From positions 2,496,001 through 2,560,000 of the forward strand of contig OZ244744.1 of NCBI GenBank assembly GCA_965219455.1: a stretch of DNA of 64,000 bases. Reading direction: 5' to 3'. The notes under the pieces are model-generated. The model did not search any database and was not told where the DNA came from. It saw nothing but the letters and a program-made list of their open reading frames with translations. Below are positions 19,542 through 29,637 of this stretch, piece after piece. The first letter of the stretch is position 1, and the number at the start of each line of letters is the position of its first letter. Source of the stretch: Candidatus Latescibacterota bacterium. Its GTDB lineage: Bacteria; Latescibacterota; UBA2968; GCA-2709665. Position numbers and translations under genes: made by a program.

Positions 19542-19663
19542 CTTCGCTCGCCGAACTTACCCAGGTCGCCTGCGTTCAGGCGTCTTGCGAGACGGGCGAC
19601 TCGACGGCCGAATTTTGGCAACTTATTTCCGGGACAGAACACCAGGGGCGCAAGTACCATCCG

Positions 19664-21046
19664 CTACCGGAAGCGTATGGCGTAGAGGTCGGCCTCCTTC
19701 ATCGCCACGCGAAGACGCACCGGCCTTCCGGCCAGCGCAGACACGTCGGAGCCGCTGTCCCAGCTGACCGCCCGCACAATCTCGTCTCCAAAGATCTCGG
19801 CGCTTTCGGAGAGCGTGTGGCCCTCGATGGGGCTGCCCTGTTCGTCCTGCATCTCGAACCGGATTTCGCCGGCCACCGAGGTCGAGTAGTTGATAACCAG
19901 CTCACTGCCAGCGAAGGTGAAGGGCTTGGTTACGAACTCGCCGCCGCCGAAGGGTGCGTTGACGGAGACGAAACCGTCGGTCCGAAGGACGCCTCGACGG
20001 AGCCGGCACGTCGGGTTCCGGTAGTTCTCTACGTAGTAGATCGAGATCTCCTCGGCCCCGGTGGGCACAACGCCGACGCCGGCGGCCATATTCCGCTCAT
20101 TCCAGTTCCTCGAGTCAAGGCCTGGACGGATGAACGGACCCATAAACCGGCGATCCCACCGGACGCCGTCCCGGCTGGTCATCAAGACCCCCTCGGACAG
20201 GCCGTCGGACACCCAGTCCTTGTGGAACTTCCGGCCAAGCCTAAGCCGCTTGGGGAACATCAGGTAGACGTGGGGAGCGCGGAAGTATAGGGTCGCTGCG
20301 TTGGTGTACAGGTGCTCCTTCTGCCTTCCGCCCATGTCGATCAGCTCCGGCACGGTCCAGTCCAGGAAGTCGTCCGACTCGGCCCTCCGAATCGACCGGT
20401 ATACGCCACCCTGAGCGGGGTCTCCGCTACGATCGCAATCGGGCGTGAAACCCCTCAAGTAGCTGACGTACTTGCGAATATTGACGTCCCAGAAGGCCAC
20501 GTTGGGTGAGTCGAAGCTGGTGTGGTCGTCGGGTGGCGCATGTAGGATCGGCCCGTCCTGGATCAGCTCCCAATGGATGCCGTCGGGCGAACCATAGCCG
20601 TAAATCGTGGCGCGCTCGTCCAGCTTTTCGCCCCTCAGGAAGCCCTTGTACCGCTGTGAGTCCGGCGCGGCCGGATTGGGATCCTTGAAGACGCAGGCGT
20701 TCCAGTGCGCGGCCCCCATGACGATGTTGTTCTCCTTCGAGCCCTCGAACTCGTGCAGCCCGAGGGTTGGACGCTCGAAGTGGATGCCGTCGGGGCTTTC
20801 GGCGTAACAGGTCGTCCGGTTCGTTCCCTCAGGGCCGGTGGCGCGGTACCAGAGGCGGTAGCGCCCGTCGTCGAGGATGACGTTGGCGACCCACGACGTC
20901 TGCCCTTCCCAGGGTTGGTCGAAATCGAGGACGACCTCAGCCGGCACCGGAGGATGGAGCTTGAGGCTTGTGTCCGTCATTGTGTCGATCAGCCAGTCGT
21001 CGACGAATAGCTCAAGCCTGGAGCGTATGTCTCTGGTGCCGGCCAT
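19664..21046 (-). CDS. Glycoside hydrolase-like beta-propeller protein (GH32/43-like clan)
   Basis: LELFVDD, PWEG, YAESPDGIHFERPTLG, SPDGIHW, FDSPN, LRTDGFVS. Confidence 0.75.
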   Translation of the reverse strand: MAGTRDIRSRLELFVDDWLIDTMTDTSLKLHPPVPAEVVLDFDQPWEGQTSWVANVILDDGRYRLWYRATGPEGTNRTTCYAESPDGIHFERPTLGLHEFEGSKENNIVMGAAHWNACVFKDPNPAAPDSQRYKGFLRGEKLDERATIYGYGSPDGIHWELIQDGPILHAPPDDHTSFDSPNVAFWDVNIRKYVSYLRGFTPDCDRSGDPAQGGVYRSIRRAESDDFLDWTVPELIDMGGRQKEHLYTNAATLYFRAPHVYLMFPKRLRLGRKFHKDWVSDGLSEGVLMTSRDGVRWDRRFMGPFIRPGLDSRNWNERNMAAGVGVVPTGAEEISIYYVENYRNPTCRLRRGVLRTDGFVSVNAPFGGGEFVTKPFTFAGSELVINYSTSVAGEIRFEMQDEQGSPIEGHTLSESAEIFGDEIVRAVSWDSGSDVSALAGRPVRLRVAMKEADLYAIRFR

Positions 21047-21269
21047 GGATCATCCTCCTGTCACGCCGCTGATGGCTCATTATGATACACGCCGATGCCT
21101 TAACTTCCGGCGGATCGGCGGTCAAGTCCCCCGCGGCGGCCACGGACATCCGGCCGTCTATCACACAGACGGGGTCCTTCCCAAACTCACATCCGGTCGC
21201 CCAAATCACTACCGTGAGTGTCGATCTCGCAAGACGACCATGTATTGCGGCGTCCCGACGACTTGCCGG

Positions 21270-22493
21270 CTAATTCCAATCGACCGGTGACTTCAGCACA
21301 CCCAACACCGCCCTCCTCACCCGATCCAGACCCTGAATCGCGTTCCAGCGTCGAACCAGGTCAGAATCATCGAATCGTCGCCCCTGCTCATCCGTCTTCT
21401 GATCTCCGGGCCCACGCACCGCAATAACTGTGGATTTCCCGTTGCAAGGGCCGATCATCGCCAGCCCAACGCCGCCTTCAGGCGCGACCCTCGCCGCCAG
21501 CAGTCCCGCCAGCGTCGGGTCGTCGATCACTTGTGACAAGTCCGTGCGCGCGGCCGCCAGCGCCTGCTCGGCGTCGCGCCCATTAAGGTCCGCCAAAACC
21601 ACGCTTCCGAACCCAGCTTCGTTCAACTCCCGGCAGATTTGTCCCCCGGTAAGCGTATCCACCACCCCCAGCTTCAGATCCCGTTGCGCCAGCAGCCTGC
21701 CCACAACCTCGGCCACCGTTTCTTTCTCCTCACCATAGACCGCCACACCCAACCGATTCCGGAGTTCGAGTTCCATACCGGCAATCAGCGCATCCGCTTC
21801 CGCCTCCGATTCGGCTCTGGCTGTCACGCGAACGTCCGTCTGCCCCGCATGCGCGGCCAGACCTACCGACGGGTTCGACGACGCCATCAGGTCCCCGATC
21901 CCCCGGTCGATATTGCTCTCCCCTACCGCGCAGGTCCGGAGTACCCGCACCCGGATGACCTTCACACCGCCCATTCGATACACCAGTATCGGGACGACGG
22001 TATGCTCCATCATATGCGCCAATTCCCGGGGAACACCGGGCAGGCAGACAATGAATCCCCGCCCCTTCGTGTCTTCGCTCAGAAAACACGGCGCCGTTCC
22101 GACGGGATTCTCCAGCGGCAGCGCTCCCGCAGGAAGATACGCCTGCCGCTTGTTATTCGCGGCCATCTTCCGCCCGAAACTGCGGAACCGGGCGGCAATC
22201 TGCCCCTCCAGTTCCTCGCTGTATATCAGCTTCCGCCCCGTCGCACGCGCGATCGCCTGCCGGGTCACGTCATCCACTGTCGGCCCGATGCCCCCCGACG
22301 TAATCACCACGTTCGACCGATCCAACGCAAGGTTGAGTACCTGCGTTATGCGATTCTCGTTGTCTCCGACGGTGGTCTTGTAATAAAGGTCCATACCGAT
22401 GTTCCGGAGCGCCACGGCCAGCAGATTCGCATTCGTATCGACAATCTCTCCCAGAAGAAGCTCGGTTCCAATCATGACGATCTCTGCACGCAC
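21270..22493 (-). CDS. cinA: CinA-family protein (MocF domain + degenerate PncC domain)
   Basis: IGTELLLGEIVDTNA, VGDN, GGIGPTVDD, LPGVPREL. Confidence 0.88.
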   Translation of the reverse strand: MRAEIVMIGTELLLGEIVDTNANLLAVALRNIGMDLYYKTTVGDNENRITQVLNLALDRSNVVITSGGIGPTVDDVTRQAIARATGRKLIYSEELEGQIAARFRSFGRKMAANNKRQAYLPAGALPLENPVGTAPCFLSEDTKGRGFIVCLPGVPRELAHMMEHTVVPILVYRMGGVKVIRVRVLRTCAVGESNIDRGIGDLMASSNPSVGLAAHAGQTDVRVTARAESEAEADALIAGMELELRNRLGVAVYGEEKETVAEVVGRLLAQRDLKLGVVDTLTGGQICRELNEAGFGSVVLADLNGRDAEQALAAARTDLSQVIDDPTLAGLLAARVAPEGGVGLAMIGPCNGKSTVIAVRGPGDQKTDEQGRRFDDSDLVRRWNAIQGLDRVRRAVLGVLKSPVDWN

Positions 22494-22541
22494 ATCTCCC
22501 CCTTGGGTGACCTTTCATCGTCTTGCGTCTTCCCGAACGAG

Positions 22542-22662
22542 ACCTACCCCCTAACCCCCTTCCTGAAGGAAGGGGGAACGGTGATTGGCCAATTTATCGG
22601 CGAGGCGACTCCTGGTTTACCTCCCCCTTTCCTTTAGGAGAGGGGGCCGGGGGGAGAGGTCC
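22542..22662. repeat. Palindromic CCCCCT...AGGGGG REP-like pair
   Basis: ccccctttcctttaggagagggggccggggggagaggtcc; relatives at 28676-28718, 31888-31928, 59541-59580 and 60700-60738. Confidence 0.75.
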
Positions 22663-22716
22663 GCCATTCGCGGTCGCCCACGTAACGGCGTTGACGTCAC
22701 CTGATACGGTTTTTGC

Positions 22717-22754
22717 TTTTAGCTGACTGCTGAGAGCTGAAAGCTGACGGCTGC
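22717..22754. repeat. Heptamer-periodic GCTGANN repeat element
   Basis: ttttagctgactgctgagagctgaaagctgacggctg; relatives at 31738-31770, 35842-35877, 54062-54085, 54214-54268 and 59711-59744. Confidence 0.7.
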
Positions 22755-22757
22755 ATT

Positions 22758-24347
22758 TCATCGAAACATGGGCGCCGCCGCCGGTTCAATCGCCACGTTC
22801 ACGCACGCGGGAAGGCCGGACGCCACCGCATCGTTCAGCGCGGCAGGGAGATCCTCCGCCCTGTCCACAAATGCGCCGTACCCGCCCAGGGCCTCAGCCA
22901 CCAGATCGTATCTTGTTTCCAGCAGATCGCACCCGACGGTCCGATCCGGCCCGTAGGTTGTGACCTGGAGTTGATGCTCCGCGTTCCACCTTGCGTCGTT
23001 TCCGACAATTGCGACAACCGGCAGCCCATAACGCAGCGCCGTATCCAATTCCATCGCATGATAACCAAACGTCCCATCCCCCAGCAACACGAATACCGCC
23101 CTGTCCGGATGCGCCAGCTTTGCCGCCAGACCCATCGGCAGCGCGCTTCCGATTGCGCCCGATGGCCCGTTGATCAACCTGGTCTCCGCCGTCAGTCCCG
23201 CCTGCGCCCACTGCCCGAACTCCCCGCCATCGCTCACAAAAATCCCACCGGCGTCCAGGAAAGGCTGTACCGCCTCGCATACCCCCAGCGGATGCACGGG
23301 GCCACCGATTCCGCGCCGCATCGCGTCCCAGTCCGAAGGCGTAGCCCCTCGCAAACCCTCTACCTCCAACCGCCACGTTCCGTAATTCCACGACCGCGCA
23401 GGCGCCTTGTCCGCAAGCCGCAAAGTCGCTTCCGACGGATCCGCCAACAGGCGCAGCGCCACACAGGCGTCGGCGCGCAACTCACCGTGTTCCGCGTCGA
23501 TCTGAATGAACCTGCGCTGCTCGGAAAAAAAAGGCGGCTGGCCAAAGCGCAGCGAAAAATCAAGTTTTTTCCCCAGAAGCAGCACCACGTCGGCGCTCGC
23601 CAGACAAGTGACCGCCCGGCGCAACGCCGGATCGTTCACCCCACGCGGGCTTTCCATCGGCAGCGCCGGAATCCCGGTTGCCTCCCCCAGCCTCTCCACG
23701 GCAAGCCAGCGCCCGGACCGCCCCATCGCGGGCCCTGCCAGGATCAGCGGCCGCTCCGCCTGGCTCAACAGAGCAAGCACGGCATCCAGATCGGCGTCCA
23801 TCAGGTCGTCCGCACGTTTCGAATGCACACCGCGCGAACGTGTCGCGGATGCCTCCAACACATCGGCCGGTAAACTCAAATGCACCGGGCCGGGCCGGCC
23901 GGATACCGCCATTTCCAGTGCGCTGGACAGGTCAGCTTCAAGATCTTCGCATTTCGCCACCCGCCGGGATGCCTTGGCCACCGGACGCGCCGCGGCCACC
24001 TGATCCACTTCCTGAAACGCACCTTTCCCGATCTGCGCCTCCGGGCAATGGCCGCTCAGCATCAACAAAGGTGACTCCGCCATCAACGCCACGTAAAGCG
24101 CCCCCAGCCCATTGCAGTGACCGGGCCCCGCCGTCAGCAGCGCCACACCAGGTTCCTCCGTCAACCTCCCCCAACCATCCGCCATATGGACGGCCGCGGC
24201 TTCGTGGCGGGTGTGGATCAGCCCGATATCCCGCCCGATCGTCGCATCGTAGACCGGGAGGATCTGATTGCCCGACAGCGAAAACAGATGCTTCACCCCG
24301 GCAGACATCAGCCCGTCAACGAGCACCTCCGCACCGGTCATTGACAT
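22758..24347 (-). CDS. Thiamine pyrophosphate-dependent enzyme (acetolactate synthase-like / 2-hydroxyacyl-CoA lyase-like)
   Basis: TRHEAAAVHMADG, TAGPG, GRPGPVHL, GDGTFG...ND TPP-binding motif. Confidence 0.9.
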   Translation of the reverse strand: MSMTGAEVLVDGLMSAGVKHLFSLSGNQILPVYDATIGRDIGLIHTRHEAAAVHMADGWGRLTEEPGVALLTAGPGHCNGLGALYVALMAESPLLMLSGHCPEAQIGKGAFQEVDQVAAARPVAKASRRVAKCEDLEADLSSALEMAVSGRPGPVHLSLPADVLEASATRSRGVHSKRADDLMDADLDAVLALLSQAERPLILAGPAMGRSGRWLAVERLGEATGIPALPMESPRGVNDPALRRAVTCLASADVVLLLGKKLDFSLRFGQPPFFSEQRRFIQIDAEHGELRADACVALRLLADPSEATLRLADKAPARSWNYGTWRLEVEGLRGATPSDWDAMRRGIGGPVHPLGVCEAVQPFLDAGGIFVSDGGEFGQWAQAGLTAETRLINGPSGAIGSALPMGLAAKLAHPDRAVFVLLGDGTFGYHAMELDTALRYGLPVVAIVGNDARWNAEHQLQVTTYGPDRTVGCDLLETRYDLVAEALGGYGAFVDRAEDLPAALNDAVASGLPACVNVAIEPAAAPMFR

Positions 24348-24402
24348 GAAACGCGTCCTTCCTGAATCTCCAACGTTGGCGTATGACCCGATTGAACCGC
24401 GT

Positions 24403-25620
24403 CTACGGACCCGGGCCTGGCTTGTCGAACCTGCCCCTCACCAGCGCATTCATCTCGCGCGCCCTGCGCAATGTCTCCGCGACCTCCTCTTTAAGGTCCC
24501 CCGGCCGGTACACCTTCCCCTTGCGAACGGTCAGTACGGGCTCTATCATTCGCGAGCCCACCTCCAGGTTGTCACCCACGTCCCGGAACTCGAACGCACC
24601 CTCCTGTACTTCGAACGCCGCCAGGTCCGCCACGGTGCCCACCTTCAACGTTCCGAGTTCATCGTCCCGCCCGATCGCCGCCGCCGGCGCGGCCGTCGTC
24701 TGGTAGACGACTTCCGGCAATTCCATTCCCAGGTTCAGTAGTTTGGAGGCCGTCTCCGGCAAACTGTAGACCGGGTCGTTTAAACAATGTACATGCAGAT
24801 CGGTGCTGATCACATCCGAGGGGAACCCCTGAGCCAGGGCTTTTTTTGCGACTTCGAACAGGAAACTGCCGCCTCCGTGGCCGAGGTCGAATAAAACTCC
24901 CCGCTCCCGTGCCGCCCACACCTCCGGAATAACCGTTTCCGCGCCGCCAAGGATCGTATCCCCACCGCCATGATAGCAGTGGGTGACGATATCGCCCGGT
25001 CGGACCTCGCCCAGGACGTCCGGAAGCGGAACGCCTGCGCCTGCATGCACCATCACCTTTGAATCCGAGAGTTCGGCGGCCTCTACCGCCAGCCTGAGGG
25101 GCGCAACACCGTTGTCGCCCACCTGGTGTCTGCCCTCACGCACCTTCACGCCCACACAGAGTTCCGGCCACCTCCGAATCACATATGCCGTGCGTTCCGG
25201 ATCCGCATACCTCAAATCGTGCATCTCACCCACGGGCCCATACGTCAACCCGATGCCGCTGATATGCACAAACGTCAACACCTGCGTCCGCGCCGGCGCC
25301 GCCACGTAGTCCCGGAACCCCATGAAGTTCGCCCATCCCGGACTGCCCGCGTCCACAACGGTAGTCACCCCCGTTGCGAGGCAGAGCGCATCCGCCTGAA
25401 TTCCCCACGTAGTAGCCCCGGCATAGATGTGTGTGTGAATGTCGACCCAGCCAGGCGTGAGAAATCTGCCGGAAAGGTCCACCGTCTCGTTCGCAGGCTC
25501 GGCGATCTCCTTCTCCACGGCGGCGATCGTCTCTCCGCGAACCGCGACGTCATATATCCCGTTCAATCCCTGCGCACCGTCGATCACGGTGCCCCCCTTC
25601 AGCACCAGGTCATAGGTCAT
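24403..25620 (-). CDS. Metal-dependent amidohydrolase/deacetylase (dihydroorotase-like)
   Basis: PGWVDIHTH, GVTTVVDAGS, VGVKVR, DLGHGGGSF, ISTDLH. Confidence 0.88.
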   Translation of the reverse strand: MTYDLVLKGGTVIDGAQGLNGIYDVAVRGETIAAVEKEIAEPANETVDLSGRFLTPGWVDIHTHIYAGATTWGIQADALCLATGVTTVVDAGSPGWANFMGFRDYVAAPARTQVLTFVHISGIGLTYGPVGEMHDLRYADPERTAYVIRRWPELCVGVKVREGRHQVGDNGVAPLRLAVEAAELSDSKVMVHAGAGVPLPDVLGEVRPGDIVTHCYHGGGDTILGGAETVIPEVWAARERGVLFDLGHGGGSFLFEVAKKALAQGFPSDVISTDLHVHCLNDPVYSLPETASKLLNLGMELPEVVYQTTAAPAAAIGRDDELGTLKVGTVADLAAFEVQEGAFEFRDVGDNLEVGSRMIEPVLTVRKGKVYRPGDLKEEVAETLRRAREMNALVRGRFDKPGPGP

Positions 25621-25681
25621 TCTTTGTATCCCTTTCGCAACATGCCCGTTTACCGGCATCACTTTTGGACCCGGCCGGCCC

Positions 25682-26416
25682 TCACCGGTGCATAACCGTA
25701 TGAAACCGTTTGAGCAGCAGCACCGCCGCCAGGGCGTTTACCGCCAGTCCCCCGAGTCCGTACAATACGTACCCTTCGCCGGATGCAACCTGCCAGAGCA
25801 TCTTCATCGGCCAGTACACGGGCACCATCCCGGCAACGACCTGCCAGTCTGACGAAACGAAAAAAGCGACCACCGGAATCATGTTGATCGCGTTCAGAAG
25901 CTTTACGAAGGCAAACCCGGTTACCTTGTTCGCCGTGAATCCCGCCAACGCGAGGGCCGTGATCGGCCCGTTGAAGGAAGCCAGGAACGCCACCGCCATC
26001 AGGTCCGGCAAGGGAACCGGCGTCAGGCCGGTGAGCCGGTAACCGAGAATCGTAATGATGAAACCGAAAACCAGGGGAATCGTTATTCTATAAGCGAGAT
26101 ATCCCGACGACGACAACGGCGTCACCAGCAGCGCCGTCAGCATCCGATCATCCCTTTCGTCCAGAAGCAGAAAACCGATCACCGTGCCGATCATGCCCGG
26201 CGCCGTCATCACGTAAAAGCTCATCAGCAGCGGGTAATATCGCCTCAGATCAAACGTGTAGCCCTCCAGCAACCAATCGGCCAGCGGCGGCAGGCCGAAA
26301 CGGTACAGGGCAGCGATCATCAGGGGCATGGCCACCATCCACGCCAATAGCCTGTCACGCTTCACGTTCTTGAAATCAACCCAACCCAGGGATCGATAGA
26401 CAGCCGGCATCTCCAA
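25682..26416 (-). CDS. ABC-2 type exporter permease (Rv2686c-like)
   Basis: LLDERDD..LTALLVTPL, ANKVTGFAF; in operon with the ATPase. Confidence 0.82.
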   Translation of the reverse strand: MEMPAVYRSLGWVDFKNVKRDRLLAWMVAMPLMIAALYRFGLPPLADWLLEGYTFDLRRYYPLLMSFYVMTAPGMIGTVIGFLLLDERDDRMLTALLVTPLSSSGYLAYRITIPLVFGFIITILGYRLTGLTPVPLPDLMAVAFLASFNGPITALALAGFTANKVTGFAFVKLLNAINMIPVVAFFVSSDWQVVAGMVPVYWPMKMLWQVASGEGYVLYGLGGLAVNALAAVLLLKRFHTVMHR

Positions 26417-26431
26417 GGATCGATGCTCCCG

Positions 26432-27142
26432 CTATACGCCCGCTTCGCGGACAACGAATCTGTAGAACCGCCGCCGTGCTACAATAAAGCCGATAACGAC
26501 CCATCCGAGACCCGCCGCCACCGCGTAAACCATCTCCCAGACGCCCTTCGGCATGTACGCCGCGCGCATCAACGCCATGGCCGGCTCCGCGGGATGAAGG
26601 TAGAAAACCGTTCTGTCTGCGAGCCCAAAATGAGGCAGCAAAGGAAGCAGCAGCGCCGTCACGTAGAGGACGGACGGAATCAGGAATGAATTGATCGAAT
26701 CGTACCGAACAACCACGATAAATCCAGCCAGCACGAAGAGCGCCCCCAACAGGAACGCGCCCGACAGCAGCGGCGCCCACTTCCCTCCTGCGCCGAGAAC
26801 CGCAAGGACGATCAACAGGCTCTCGACAAGGGCGAGCAGTGTCAGTGAAACGACCTTGGAGAGCAGATATTCCACGTCTCGAAGCGGCGTTGTCGCCAAC
26901 ATCGTCAGGACGCCTTCGCTCTTCTCGAACAACACGAGGCCGCTGATGAAATAGAACGTGGTCGCGTACAGATTGACGACGAAAAAAGCCGGCACCACGA
27001 TGCCGGCGTCCACGCGCCCGATACCGGGTATCAGGCTGAACAGCGCTCCCCAGAACAACACCATGCCAACGCCTACCGCGAGGAATTTGTACCTGTACTG
27101 CAACGTCACGTCCCAACGGAGAACCGACAACAGGCGTTTCAT
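26432..27142 (-). CDS. ABC-2 type exporter permease (Rv2687c-like)
   Basis: LFEKSEGVLTMLATTPL..EYLLSK. Confidence 0.82.
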   Translation of the reverse strand: MKRLLSVLRWDVTLQYRYKFLAVGVGMVLFWGALFSLIPGIGRVDAGIVVPAFFVVNLYATTFYFISGLVLFEKSEGVLTMLATTPLRDVEYLLSKVVSLTLLALVESLLIVLAVLGAGGKWAPLLSGAFLLGALFVLAGFIVVVRYDSINSFLIPSVLYVTALLLPLLPHFGLADRTVFYLHPAEPAMALMRAAYMPKGVWEMVYAVAAGLGWVVIGFIVARRRFYRFVVREAGV

Positions 27143-27993
27143 GTCAACGCCCTCCCCGTCACCTGAACGAAGATGTCTTCCAGCGTGGTCTCCTGGGTAT
27201 GCATCGTCTGAATGGACGCGGCGCGCAGGATTTCCAGGAACGCCACATGTTCCCCCAGACCGTCCAGCGGAAAATCCTTCCGGTTGAGGCTGCCGTCGGC
27301 AACGTACTCGACGCGCAGCGTTCGCTGGCCGAAACGCAACTTCAACGCCCGCGGCGCGTCCACAAGCCGAATACCGCCATCCACGATAAAGGCCACGCGA
27401 TCGCAGAGTTCATCGGCCACGGCCATATTGTGGGTTGTCAGGAAGACCGTGGCGCCCGCCTCGCGCTGCTCCCGTATCAGATCCCGGATCCGACGGCTGC
27501 TGACGGGGTCCAGACCCGCCGTGGGTTCATCCAGAAAAAGAAGCTCCGGTTTGTTCAAAAGCGCCCTCGCGACGCTCAACCTTGCGCGCATACCCCTGGA
27601 GAACTGTCCGACACGTTTGTCACCGTCCTCCTCAAGCCCCACCAGATCCAGCAGACGTCGCGGCGCTTCCGTCTCTCCGGCATAGAGCGTTCGGAAATAT
27701 CGGAGATTCTCAAGCGCCGTCAGCTTCAGATAGTGGTTGGGAACCTCGAACGAGACCCCGATCCTCTCGTAGTAGCTGTTTTCCCATGTCCTGAGATCCC
27801 GCTCGAACACCAGTACCCGGCCGGCATATTCCCGCAGCAGCCCGATCAGCACCTTCTGCGCTGTACTCTTTCCCGCGCCGTTGGGCCCGAGAAAACCGAA
27901 GATCTCCCCCTTCTCAACCTTGAAGTCGACCGACCGCACCGCCGGATCTTCCGCGCGCGGATAGACGTAGGTCAAACCTTCGGCTTCAATCAT
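27139..27993 (-). CDS. ABC exporter ATP-binding protein
   Basis: Walker A GPNGAGKS, signature FSRGM, Walker B LFLDEP. Confidence 0.93.
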   Translation of the reverse strand: MIEAEGLTYVYPRAEDPAVRSVDFKVEKGEIFGFLGPNGAGKSTAQKVLIGLLREYAGRVLVFERDLRTWENSYYERIGVSFEVPNHYLKLTALENLRYFRTLYAGETEAPRRLLDLVGLEEDGDKRVGQFSRGMRARLSVARALLNKPELLFLDEPTAGLDPVSSRRIRDLIREQREAGATVFLTTHNMAVADELCDRVAFIVDGGIRLVDAPRALKLRFGQRTLRVEYVADGSLNRKDFPLDGLGEHVAFLEILRAASIQTMHTQETTLEDIFVQVTGRALT

Positions 27994-28562
27994 GGTCCAC
28001 CCGCGCTGCCCGTTGCCTGATCAACCTCGATGCGCTCTCTGACGGGCGCTACCCGCGTCAGATACTTCTGAAAGAACGCCTGCGGCGACATCCCGGATTC
28101 CTGGAATATCCGGTGCAGATCTCCCGGGCTGACATCGGCTTCCCATGGCCAGATTCGATCCTGCAGGCAGGCCATTCCACTGACCCCGTCGAGGGTGTCC
28201 CGGATCCACCGCCGATGCCACCAGACTAAGGGCTCGGGCGGTTGAACAGGCGAAAAGAAACCGGCTTCGATGACTTCCTCCGGTTGCGGCGTAATCGCCT
28301 GGCTGCGAGACACGGATGCAAAGAGAATCGTGTGATTGCCGCCTGCATGCCATCGGGGGCTGGAATAAACGCCCACCAACCGAGTCAACTCGATGTCGAT
28401 ACCTGTTTCTTCCCGGACTTCGCGGATGGCCGTATCCGCCACGGTTTCTCCAGCCTCAACCTTTCCGCCCGGCACCGCCCACGCTTCACAGTCCCTTCTC
28501 TTGATCAGCAGCACCTCTCCCGACGAAATGACAACCGCGCTCGCTCCAATTGTCGGCATCAC
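27990..28562 (-). CDS. NUDIX hydrolase
   Basis: Nudix box GGKVEAGETVADTAIREVREETGI. Confidence 0.92.
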   Translation of the reverse strand: MMPTIGASAVVISSGEVLLIKRRDCEAWAVPGGKVEAGETVADTAIREVREETGIDIELTRLVGVYSSPRWHAGGNHTILFASVSRSQAITPQPEEVIEAGFFSPVQPPEPLVWWHRRWIRDTLDGVSGMACLQDRIWPWEADVSPGDLHRIFQESGMSPQAFFQKYLTRVAPVRERIEVDQATGSAGGP

Positions 28563-28589
28563 GCTTCCTTAAAATTCGTCTGTCCTGCG

Positions 28590-28718
28590 CCTGTCGAGCC
28601 ATTGAGGAAGCGTGTGTGAAGGTGGGGTAGACATTCCTGTCTGCCCTTCTCCTGTTTACGCAACACTTCATTCGACTCCCCCTCTCCTCGCAGGAGAGGG
28701 GGCCGGGGGGAGAGGTCC
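28590..28718. repeat. Composite intergenic repeat: GGTGGGG(C/T)AGACATTCCTGTCTGCCC unit plus CCCCT..AGGGGG palindrome
   Basis: About 57 bp at 28590-28647 is a near reverse complement of 63292-63349; a third core lies at 63158-63183. Confidence 0.75.
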
Positions 28719-28760
28719 TTCTCCCGGACTTCTGACAGGTGAGACGAACTCACAACAGTT

Positions 28761-29546
28761 TTACCGCATATGCGCCTGCTCCATCACCGCCCGCTCCGCA
28801 TCCGTCATGTCCATAATGTAGTCCGGATACGTTACCGTATGCGCGCCCGTCCCGTACGCCTGGAATCTGGGACTGAACTTGTAAAGCAGCGCCCGCCGCT
28901 GGTGTTCGGCCTCCCACGGCAACGTCCCATGGGTCAATGTCTCCGTGAAGATCACCGCGTCTCCGGCCCGTCCGTTCACCTCCACCACGTGTTCCCGGTA
29001 CTTCTCGCCCCGGTTCATCTCGCGCGGACACGCCAGGTTTGCCTTGTGACTGCCGGGCACCACAGCCACGCCCCCGTCTCCCGACCCCTCGTCCGCCAGC
29101 AGGTATTCCACAACGGTCAATCCGCAATAGATGCGACCGTTCTTGAAGAAGTACGCCTCTGACAGATCCGGGCGCTCCACGCCACCCCCGTGCAACGTGC
29201 CGCCTTCGCACCCCTTGTCCATGGCAATCAAACCGGGCCCGTGATCCAGCCGATATCCTTTGCCCAGAATCACGTACAGATAAGGCATCACACGGGGATG
29301 CACGAGCATCGCCCTGAAGGGTTCACACCACGGCCGCTCCCATGCCAGCATTCCGCCCAGATCCTTCCTGTTCGACGTACCCCCAAGCACCGGCGCGCCA
29401 ATCGTGAGCGACCCCTCCCTCTCCTTGAGCTGATCGTCATGGCGATCGATCGCCTCGTTGCAGCGGTCGACTTCCTCCGATGTCAGAACATCTTTGAGTA
29501 CCAGGTACCCATTCAAATCGAAGAGATATTTCTCGTCGTCCGTCAT
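28761..29546 (-). CDS. PhyH-family Fe(II)/2OG dioxygenase
   Basis: FDLNGYLVL, LHGGG, VPGSHK, AGDAVIF...HGT. Confidence 0.88.
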   Translation of the reverse strand: MTDDEKYLFDLNGYLVLKDVLTSEEVDRCNEAIDRHDDQLKEREGSLTIGAPVLGGTSNRKDLGGMLAWERPWCEPFRAMLVHPRVMPYLYVILGKGYRLDHGPGLIAMDKGCEGGTLHGGGVERPDLSEAYFFKNGRIYCGLTVVEYLLADEGSGDGGVAVVPGSHKANLACPREMNRGEKYREHVVEVNGRAGDAVIFTETLTHGTLPWEAEHQRRALLYKFSPRFQAYGTGAHTVTYPDYIMDMTDAERAVMEQAHMR

Positions 29547-29637
29547 GTCATCCCTCCTTAGGATTTTTCAGTAAGACTTCAACGCAAAATGCGTGGATGT
29601 TTATTCACGCAACCTGCATATCGTTTTGCCTTATACC

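Noticed and set aside
22758-24347. TPP enzyme as an oxalyl-CoA decarboxylase partner of the OFA transporter
   Set aside because: 9 kb away, no formyl-CoA transferase nearby, and substrate cannot be assigned by eye
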